From assembly GCA_026391795.1 (NCBI GenBank), contig JAPLDI010000015.1, forward strand, positions 68,557 to 132,556: a stretch of DNA of 64,000 nucleotides, given 5' to 3'. Positions 1-6,824 of the stretch are shown one piece after another (positions within the stretch are counted from its first letter, which is position 1; each line of letters starts with the position of its first letter). A model generated the notes under the pieces. It did no database searches. It was not told the origin of the DNA and worked only from the letters and a program-made list of their open reading frames with translations. The stretch is from Bacteroidota bacterium (GTDB lineage: Bacteria > Bacteroidota > Bacteroidia > Bacteroidales > FEN-979). The translations under genes and the position numbers were made by a program.

Positions 1-686
1 AGATCGAAACGCACGGCATCCGGAACCTGGTCTTTTCTTCCTCCTGTACGGTTTATGGCCAGCCCGATGAACTGCCGGTCACGGAGTCGGCTCCGATAAA
101 AAAAGCAGCCTCACCCTATGGAAATACCAAGCAGATCGCAGAAGAGATCATCAACGATATCGTAGCGGTTACTGAGCTCAGGGCCATCATGCTCCGTTAT
201 TTTAATCCCATCGGCGCACACGAATCGGCACTGATCGGGGAGCTCCCTTTGGGTATTCCCAATAACCTTGTCCCTTTCCTAACGCAGACAGCCATCGGGA
301 AACGTGATTTTCTGAGGGTATGGGGAAATGATTACAATACGCATGACGGAACCGCCATCCGTGATTATATCCATGTGGTCGACATTGCCCTCGCACATGT
401 GATCGCCATTGAACGCCTGCAGGAAGGAAAAAACAAAACGAAAGCAGAGGCTTTTAACTTGGGAACGGGAATCGGATATTCGGTATTGGACGTCATCAAA
501 TCGTTCGAACGTTCAACAAAGGTAAAAGTGGCGTATAAAATAATGGACCGCAGGCCGGGTGATGTGGAAAAAGTGTGGGCCGATACTGAACTTGCCAATC
601 ACGAACTCGGATGGAAAGCCGGGCGCGACCTGGATGACATGACCCTGTCGGCCTGGAACTGGGAAAAGAAGTTAGCCGGGTTGTAA
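1..686 (+). CDS. galE: UDP-glucose 4-epimerase, C-terminal part (5' end outside window)
   Basis: Frame 3 is open from the window edge to the stop at 684-686. Translation has FSSSCTVYG, SPYGNTK (YxxxK) and LRYFNPIGAH, typical of GalE SDR epimerases. Confidence 0.9.
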   Translation, partial: IETHGIRNLVFSSSCTVYGQPDELPVTESAPIKKAASPYGNTKQIAEEIINDIVAVTELRAIMLRYFNPIGAHESALIGELPLGIPNNLVPFLTQTAIGKRDFLRVWGNDYNTHDGTAIRDYIHVVDIALAHVIAIERLQEGKNKTKAEAFNLGTGIGYSVLDVIKSFERSTKVKVAYKIMDRRPGDVEKVWADTELANHELGWKAGRDLDDMTLSAWNWEKKLAGL

Positions 687-704
687 GGGGGCAAAAGCCC
701 GAAA

Positions 705-730
705 TCTGAGGTCGGAATTCCGATCTCAGA
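705..730. repeat. 26-nt palindrome TCTGAGGTCGGAA/TTCCGATCTCAGA centred on GAATTC
   Basis: Read directly. It forms a 13-bp stem with one G:U pair and lies 19 nt after the galE stop. There is no U-tract. Confidence 0.8.
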
Positions 731-749
731 CCTCCGACCTCTGACCTCG
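729..749. repeat. heptamer micro-array (GACCTCN)x3
   Basis: GACCTCC GACCTCT GACCTCG, read directly. The unit is the reverse complement of part of the preceding palindrome arm. Confidence 0.85.
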
Positions 750-785
750 GAAATAAACAGATACTAAAGTGAAAAACACCAGCAT

Positions 786-1838
786 ATGAAGACGATTTTA
801 ATCACGGGAGGAGCAGGTTTTATCGGTTCACACGTGGTACGGAGGTTTGTGAAAAAATATCCGGATTACCGGATCATCAACCTTGACAAGCTGACCTATG
901 CAGGAAATCTTGCTAACCTGAAGGATATCGAGAACGAGCCTAACTACGAGTTTGTAAAGGCCGACATTGTGGATGCCGGGCAGATGAATGAGCTGTTTCA
1001 GAAATACGATATTGACGGGGTGATCCACCTGGCTGCCGAATCGCATGTCGACCGCTCGATCAGCAACCCGATGGAATTTATCTTCACCAATATTGTCGGG
1101 ACCGTCAACCTGTTGAATGCAGCCCGCATCTCCTGGAAGGAGAAGATGGAACACAAACGGTTTTACCATATTTCAACCGATGAGGTCTACGGGTCGCTTG
1201 GAGAAACAGGAATTTTTACGGAGACAACAGGATATGACCCAAGGAGTCCCTATTCTGCCTCAAAGGCCAGTTCCGATCACCTGGTCAGGGCCTATTTCCA
1301 TACCTATAAGCTGCCCATTGTGATCTCCAACTGCTCAAACAATTACGGTTCTTTCCAGTTCCCCGAAAAACTGATCCCGCTTTCCATCAATAACATCAAG
1401 AATAACAAGCCCATCCCGATCTACGGGAAAGGGGAAAACATCCGCGACTGGCTGTTCGTGCAGGATCATGCCGCTGCCATCGATTTGATCTTCCATGAAG
1501 GGAAGCAGGGAGAAACCTACAACATCGGGGGAAATAATGAATGGACCAACATCAGCCTCATCCAGGAACTCTGCAAAATCATGGACCGCAAGCTGAACCG
1601 GCCCGGGGGAACCTCTGCGCAGCTGATCACCTTTGTGAAAGACCGTGCCGGCCACGACCTGCGATATGCCATTGATTCATCAAAACTTCAGGACGAACTG
1701 GGCTGGAAGCCTTCTCTGCAGTTTGAAGAAGGACTGGAGAAAACAGTTGATTGGTATCTTGCAAATGAAGAATGGATGAACAACATTACCTCCGGCGATT
1801 ACCAGAAATATTATGAAAGCCAGTATGGAAAGAGGTAA
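786..1838 (+). CDS. rfbB: dTDP-glucose 4,6-dehydratase
   Basis: 350 aa with an ATG start. Contains TGGAGFIGS Rossmann motif, STDEVYG and YSASKASSDH (YxxxK). Length and ends are typical of RfbB. Confidence 0.92.
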   Translation: MKTILITGGAGFIGSHVVRRFVKKYPDYRIINLDKLTYAGNLANLKDIENEPNYEFVKADIVDAGQMNELFQKYDIDGVIHLAAESHVDRSISNPMEFIFTNIVGTVNLLNAARISWKEKMEHKRFYHISTDEVYGSLGETGIFTETTGYDPRSPYSASKASSDHLVRAYFHTYKLPIVISNCSNNYGSFQFPEKLIPLSINNIKNNKPIPIYGKGENIRDWLFVQDHAAAIDLIFHEGKQGETYNIGGNNEWTNISLIQELCKIMDRKLNRPGGTSAQLITFVKDRAGHDLRYAIDSSKLQDELGWKPSLQFEEGLEKTVDWYLANEEWMNNITSGDYQKYYESQYGKR

Positions 1839-1841
1839 GCG

Positions 1842-2720
1842 TTAAGCCCCTTCAACCGTAACATTCTGCCCGATCTTGGCGATCAGTCCCTGGAGAACAC
1901 TGCCGGGTCCCACTTCTGTGAAAAGAGTAGCTCCGTCGGCAATCATGTTCTGGATTAACTGTGTCCATAAAACCGGTGCAGTCAGCTGGGCAACCAGGTT
2001 TTCCTTGATCTTTTCAGGTTCGGTAACCCGCTGGGCTGTGGCATTCTGGTAAACAGGGCAAACCGGTGTATTGAAAACCGTTGAATGAATCGCTTCTGCC
2101 AGTTCGATCCGTGCAGGTTCCATCAACGGCGAATGAAATGCACCGCCAACTTTCAGCGGCAGGGCACGGCGGGCACCCGCAGCCTTCAGTTTCTCGCAGG
2201 CAATTTCAATCCCTTTCATGCTGCCGGAAATAACCAGCTGGCCCGGGCTGTTGTAGTTTGCCGGGACAACGACTTCCTCAATGGATCTGCAGATCTCTTC
2301 CACTTTGGCATCCTCAAGACCGAGGATGGCAGCCATGGTGGAGGGCTCGCTTTCACAGGCTTTCTGCATGGCTGTTGCACGCTTGGATACAAGCCGGAGC
2401 CCGTCCTCGAACGATAATGCCTTGTTTGCAACGAGTGCAGAAAATTCACCCAGTGAATGACCTGCTACCATGTCGGGCTTAAAATTTTCACCCAGGGTGG
2501 CTGCCAGGATGACAGAATGCAGAAATATTGCCGGCTGTGTAACTCTTGTCTGCCGCAGGTCTTCATCGGTGCCTGCAAACATCAGGTCAGTGATGCGGAA
2601 ACCCAGGATCTCATTTGCCTTCTCAAACATCTCGCGGGCATGTGCCGAGCTTTCGTAAAGCTCTTTTCCCATACCGACAAACTGCGCTCCCTGGCCGGGA
2701 AATACGTATGCGTGTTTCAT
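1842..2720 (-). CDS. fabD: ACP S-malonyltransferase
   Basis: Contains FPGQGAQ and the active-site GHSLGE. I prefer ATG at 2720 (MKHAYVFPGQGAQ); the track ORF runs to a GTG at 2744 that would overlap the upstream gene. Confidence 0.9.
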   Translation of the reverse strand: MKHAYVFPGQGAQFVGMGKELYESSAHAREMFEKANEILGFRITDLMFAGTDEDLRQTRVTQPAIFLHSVILAATLGENFKPDMVAGHSLGEFSALVANKALSFEDGLRLVSKRATAMQKACESEPSTMAAILGLEDAKVEEICRSIEEVVVPANYNSPGQLVISGSMKGIEIACEKLKAAGARRALPLKVGGAFHSPLMEPARIELAEAIHSTVFNTPVCPVYQNATAQRVTEPEKIKENLVAQLTAPVLWTQLIQNMIADGATLFTEVGPGSVLQGLIAKIGQNVTVEGA

Positions 2721-2730
2721 AAAGGTTGGC

Positions 2731-3483
2731 TTATTTCCTGTCACCTAAAAAGCGAAGAAGGAACAGGAACAGGTTAATAAAGTCGAGGTAGAGCGTGAGT
2801 GCCCCCATAATGCTCATTTTCCGCATATTGGCATCCTGCGAGTCAACGCCGATACCGGCGCCGATACGCTTCAGTTTCTGGACATCATAGGCGGTAAGTC
2901 CTGTAAAGATCAGCACGCCTGCAACACTGATGATGTATTCCATCATGCTGCTGTGCATGAACATGTTGATGACCATCGCAATGATCATCCCGAACAGGGC
3001 CATCATCAGGATCGACCCGAATTTTGTCAGGTCGGTCTTGGTGGTGTAGCCAAGTACTGCCATAACACCGAACATGGCAGAGGTTACGGCAAAAGTTTTG
3101 AAAACGGACGCTCCTGTATAAGCCAGTAAGACAAAACTCAGGCTCATTCCCATGAGGATCGCGAAAGCGATGAATAACAATGTCAAGATGACAGGGGAGA
3201 GGCGTTGGTATCCCATTGACATAAGAAGAACAAATCCCAGGGGGGCCAGCATGACGATCCATCCCAGAACCGAAAGGCCGGTGTATCTGCCGTTTGTCAC
3301 ATTCATCAGGCTGCCCATAAGTTCGGGAGTTGATGCAAACCAGTAGGCCGTGACAGCCGTGACGGCCAGGGCAAGTGTCATCCATAAAAACACATTGGCC
3401 ATGTAGGTCTTTGCAACCGGTAAGGCTTGTGTTTTGTTGTATTCCTGTTCTATGATATTGAATCCTCTGTGTTGTGAATCCAT
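2731..3483 (-). CDS. Bax inhibitor-1/YccA family membrane protein
   Basis: 250 aa with about 7 hydrophobic helices and a charged C-terminal tail (LRFLGDRK). The overall pattern is typical of the BI-1/YccA family. Confidence 0.8.
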   Translation of the reverse strand: MDSQHRGFNIIEQEYNKTQALPVAKTYMANVFLWMTLALAVTAVTAYWFASTPELMGSLMNVTNGRYTGLSVLGWIVMLAPLGFVLLMSMGYQRLSPVILTLLFIAFAILMGMSLSFVLLAYTGASVFKTFAVTSAMFGVMAVLGYTTKTDLTKFGSILMMALFGMIIAMVINMFMHSSMMEYIISVAGVLIFTGLTAYDVQKLKRIGAGIGVDSQDANMRKMSIMGALTLYLDFINLFLFLLRFLGDRK

Positions 3484-3513
3484 TGTCTTTTTATTTTACT
3501 TGTTAGTTTTCGA

Positions 3514-4125
3514 TTAATGCAGTTTTGTTCCGATGAGATGCAGAAACTCGGCCCGGGTCTTCTCCCGTTCGAAGGCTCCCACAAAGTCGGATGTCACAGT
3601 GACAGAGTTCTGTTTCTGAACGCCGCGCATCGACATACACAAATGCTGTGCCTCAATTACAACTGCCACGCCGAGGGGCTTGAGGGTGGTATTGATGGCA
3701 TCCTTGATCTGGGAGGTGAGCCGCTCCTGCACCTGCAGGCGCCGGGCATAGATCTCCACAACCCGGGCCAGTTTGCTCAGCCCGGTGATGTACTTGTCGG
3801 GAATATAAGCCACGTGTGCCTTCCCGATAAACGGGATCATGTGATGTTCACACAGGGAATAGATTTCGATGTCTTTCACGATCACCATTTCACGGTAATC
3901 TTCCCTGAATTTTGCCGAAGAGAGGATCTCGACGGGATCAAGGTCATACCCCTGCGTCAGGAATTGCATGGCTTTTGCGACTCTCAGCGGTGTTCTCAGG
4001 AGTCCTTCCCGGTCGGGGTTTTCACCGATCAGGCGGAGGATTTCCCTGTAGTGTATACTCAGCTGCTCGGTTGTTGCGGCATCGTACTCTTCTACTTTTT
4101 CGTAGTTCATGTTCTTATCGTTCAT
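3514..4125 (-). CDS. folE: GTP cyclohydrolase I
   Basis: 203 aa. Contains the [18 protein letters not shown] zinc/active-site block and a QERLT motif. Confidence 0.92.
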   Translation of the reverse strand: MNDKNMNYEKVEEYDAATTEQLSIHYREILRLIGENPDREGLLRTPLRVAKAMQFLTQGYDLDPVEILSSAKFREDYREMVIVKDIEIYSLCEHHMIPFIGKAHVAYIPDKYITGLSKLARVVEIYARRLQVQERLTSQIKDAINTTLKPLGVAVVIEAQHLCMSMRGVQKQNSVTVTSDFVGAFEREKTRAEFLHLIGTKLH

Positions 4126-4155
4126 AGGTTGCAGGTTTTTCGAAAGATTCAGCGG

Positions 4156-4575
4156 TTACTTCCCGAAATATTCTGCCCTGTTGTTTTCTGTTTCCTCAAC
4201 ACGGATGCAATGCAGTTTGGCCCCCAAAGACTCAACACCGGCTTCCAGTTCATTCCAAATTGAAATTGCAAGGTTTTCCGTTGATGCAAGTTTCCCTTTC
4301 ATGAAAGGAACTTCCAGGTTGATGTTCCGATGGTCCAGGGGAACAATTACCTTCACGTTGATAATCCGGCTCAGTTCCTTGAGGTTGACTACAAACCCTG
4401 TTTCATCACTGACATCCCCTTTCACCGTCACAAGCAGTGTATAATTGTGACCGTGCCAGTTCGGATTGGAACATTTTCCGAAAATCCTCAGGTTTTTTTC
4501 GTCCGAATATTCCGGCCGGTAGAGGCGGTGAGCCGCATTGAACCTTTCTTTCCGTGTGATATAGACCATGCTCAT
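4156..4575 (-). CDS. 6-pyruvoyl-tetrahydropterin synthase (COG0720, animal/PTPS-II-like)
   Basis: FNAAHRL...GKCSNPNWHGHNY...PLDHRNIN...TENLAISIW...ETENN aligns almost block for block with mammalian PTPS as I remember it. The Cys-to-HGH spacing is C-x5-HGH. Start is uncertain (ATG at 4575 or 4569, TTG at 4587). Confidence 0.85.
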   Translation of the reverse strand: MSMVYITRKERFNAAHRLYRPEYSDEKNLRIFGKCSNPNWHGHNYTLLVTVKGDVSDETGFVVNLKELSRIINVKVIVPLDHRNINLEVPFMKGKLASTENLAISIWNELEAGVESLGAKLHCIRVEETENNRAEYFGK

Positions 4576-4596
4576 AGGGGAGTGCAAAGGTAATGA

Positions 4597-5625
4597 TTAT
4601 TTCTTCTTCTTAAACCAGTTAAAGCGGGTACCAATCCAGAACCGCATCTGCGCAATGTCATAATAGAAGGTAGACTTTCCGGCCCAACCCGGAATTTTAT
4701 CAAACCCTGAAGCAATGCTGGCGCCGATGTAAAACCGGTCTGTGTTATAACCGGCTGCAGCCCTCCAGGAAAGAGTGAATGTAAAGGCGGCAGAGGAAAA
4801 TAATTGCTGGTCAGCCTCATAATTGTAATGCTGCCAGAGAACGCCCGGGAATGCAGCTGCATTCACGTAGAATTTTTTCAAAAAAACCAGGGTGTAGGCG
4901 TAGCCCGGTGCCAGTCCGAACGAATAAAAATCCCCTCCCTGGATGAGAAAATGCGGATTGACTGCATAGCTAAAAGCAAGTTCTGGCGGGATTATGCCAC
5001 TGTCTGAGGTTACTTTGTAGTACAAGAATGTAGGCCGGAGAATGAAACTGCCGGCACTCTTTTTTTGCCTTTCATTCTGGATAAATGCCGAACGGATCGA
5101 AAACCGTTTGTGATTGTAGATATAGTATCCTGTAAATCCGAGGGAGAATATCCGCATATCGGGTATTTTGTAGTAATCTCCCTGCGGGTCTTCCGGGTTT
5201 CGTATATAAAATCCTTTCAGGTTCTGGAGATACAGTTCGGCAGCCACGGAGCTTCCATAGGCGTTTACGCGGAGGTCAAGCACGCTGGTGTTGCCATATT
5301 TATCCGTATTCCTTTTGAAGATTGCATTTCCCATCGATATTCCCAGTCCGAACCATTTGTAAAATCCCGCAATTCCGATCCTGCCGGATACATTCGGGGA
5401 GTAAATGATCTCATCTGAACTTCCCGGGTTCAATACCAGGGATGCGTCCTGGTACAAAAGAAAAAAACGGGCTGTCAACAAATGTTTATAATCGGCGATG
5501 TATACCGTATCAGCTCCCTGAACGGTATCCGTCGTCTTGTTCAGGTCCTGGGCGAAAACAGGCTCGACCGAACATCCTGTGAATAAAATCAGGAATGAAT
5601 AATATCTTCTGAGAAAGTTTCGCAT
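4597..5625 (-). CDS. hypothetical outer-membrane beta-barrel-like protein (DUF4421-like)
   Basis: Signal peptide (MRNFLRRYYSFLILFTGCSVEPVFAQ), alternating aromatic/aliphatic strand pattern, and a C-terminal ...RFNWF followed by KKKK. The family assignment is tentative. Confidence 0.6.
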   Translation of the reverse strand: MRNFLRRYYSFLILFTGCSVEPVFAQDLNKTTDTVQGADTVYIADYKHLLTARFFLLYQDASLVLNPGSSDEIIYSPNVSGRIGIAGFYKWFGLGISMGNAIFKRNTDKYGNTSVLDLRVNAYGSSVAAELYLQNLKGFYIRNPEDPQGDYYKIPDMRIFSLGFTGYYIYNHKRFSIRSAFIQNERQKKSAGSFILRPTFLYYKVTSDSGIIPPELAFSYAVNPHFLIQGGDFYSFGLAPGYAYTLVFLKKFYVNAAAFPGVLWQHYNYEADQQLFSSAAFTFTLSWRAAAGYNTDRFYIGASIASGFDKIPGWAGKSTFYYDIAQMRFWIGTRFNWFKKKK

Positions 5626-5646
5626 TCGACGTGTCAAATGAAACAA

Positions 5647-6048
5647 CTATTTCTGCGATGATTTAAAATCCGATACCAGGTTGATAACCTCGAAGATCAT
5701 ATAACACAAGTAGAGCAGAAAGAACGTGATGGCGAAGGGTCCGGCATCCTGCCTGTTGTACCAGAGGTAGAGGAAGATCACACCGATGAAAAGAAACAAT
5801 TTTACAACGGTAACGAGAAGGTAGGCGTTGATGAATTTGATGAATTTCGAGTCAATCGTCCGGAGGATAAAATAATACCCGATCAGCGTGACCGCCAGAA
5901 AAAAGATAAATAAAAAGGGAAGGGCGGGCGTAATGTACTTTACCGGAGCCACCATCCAGATGCCTGTTGCAATGAAGCCAAGAACAAATGAGAAAAGGAG
6001 GATCCGGCGAAGGAAGGAGAGGTATGGGGAGGCAGTATTCCATTTCAT
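5647..6048 (-). CDS. small integral membrane protein (4 predicted TM helices), function unknown
   Basis: 133 aa with an ATG start and four long hydrophobic segments. It occupies the position that in many Bacteroidota lies between atpZ and atpB. Confidence 0.6.
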   Translation of the reverse strand: MKWNTASPYLSFLRRILLFSFVLGFIATGIWMVAPVKYITPALPFLFIFFLAVTLIGYYFILRTIDSKFIKFINAYLLVTVVKLFLFIGVIFLYLWYNRQDAGPFAITFFLLYLCYMIFEVINLVSDFKSSQK

Positions 6049-6057
6049 GGCAAAAAA

Positions 6058-6080
6058 ATTACGAATTACGAATTACGAAT
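6058..6080. repeat. perfect heptamer array (ATTACGA)x3
   Basis: ATTACGA ATTACGA ATTACGA AT, read directly. It lies between the atpZ-like stop and the next ATG on the minus strand. Confidence 0.95.
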
Positions 6081-6108
6081 GATGCGTTCACCTTGAGGAT
6101 ATGAGGGA

Positions 6109-6348
6109 TTACTTTCTTTTAAGCAGATCGCGGGTTATGGAGTAGATGGCGATAAACACAGAGAGAATTGAGAAAACGATAATCAGGATTGGCCGGGTAT
6201 GCAGCCACTGGTCCAGCTTGTAACCACCAAACACCCCTGCCAGGATAATGGCCAGCATCTGGAACCCCATGCCGGAATAACGGGCATAGGAATTAAGCTG
6301 TTGTTTCTTTGGGTCGGAATTCATCTTGTTTTGCAGGAGGAGGAACAT
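6109..6348 (-). CDS. AtpZ/AtpI family small membrane protein
   Basis: Lys-rich N-terminus followed by ...GMGFQMLAIILAGVFGGYKLDQWL and a second TM helix, the pattern I associate with Bacteroidota AtpZ/AtpI. An alternative ATG lies at 6324. It overlaps the bactofilin stop. Confidence 0.6.
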   Translation of the reverse strand: MFLLLQNKMNSDPKKQQLNSYARYSGMGFQMLAIILAGVFGGYKLDQWLHTRPILIIVFSILSVFIAIYSITRDLLKRK

Positions 6349-6700
6349 TTACTTTAATGCCTGTACCTTCCATGATGCAATTGCCGGAAAATTTAGCACC
6401 CGGTTCGATCGATAATTTATTGGTTGTGATGTCACCCGTGTACCTGGCCGTCTCCTTAAGGGTCAGCAGTTCTGCAACTTTAACGGTAGCTTTTACTTCA
6501 CCGGAGAAGTCAGCATTCTGACAGATGATTTCACCTTCAATGCTTCCTGTGGGGCCAACCACTACCTTACCTTTACAGTTGATCGTGCCAATGAAGGAAC
6601 CATCGAGCCTGAAATCCCCGTTGAGCTTGATTTCTCCTTTTACCACGGTGCCTGCACTCAGCAGGTTGATGGAAGGAACTTCTACTTCTTTATTTTTCAT
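6293..6700 (-). CDS. bactofilin (polymer-forming cytoskeletal protein)
   Basis: 135 aa of repetitive beta-helix pattern (VVKGEIKLNGDFRLDGSFIGTINCKGKVVVGPTGSIEGEIIC...FSGEVKA...) typical of the bactofilin/DUF583 domain. Confidence 0.8.
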   Translation of the reverse strand: MKNKEVEVPSINLLSAGTVVKGEIKLNGDFRLDGSFIGTINCKGKVVVGPTGSIEGEIICQNADFSGEVKATVKVAELLTLKETARYTGDITTNKLSIEPGAKFSGNCIMEGTGIKVNVPPPAKQDEFRPKETTA

Positions 6701-6824
6701 AGATCTTAGGTATAGCAGCGAAAAACAATGAATTTAAAGACATTTCAAAGATAAATTAAAAATCCGGATCATCAACTAAAATATTACCGCGAGGCAAGAG
6801 CGGGAAAATAAGAGACCCGGCCTC

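Noticed and set aside
2755-2775. Hexamer duplication GAACAG GAACAG near the 3' end of the BI-1 gene.
   Set aside because: It has only two copies, lies inside coding sequence (it encodes the LFLL stretch of the ...FLFLLRF tail) and has period 6. It is consistent with chance or codon repetition.
6058-6080. Heptamer arrays considered as degenerate CRISPR or minisatellite/contingency loci inside genes.
   Set aside because: The units are 7 nt with no spacers and at most 4 copies, there are no cas genes, and none interrupts a reading frame. They are kept as a separate repeat-family finding.
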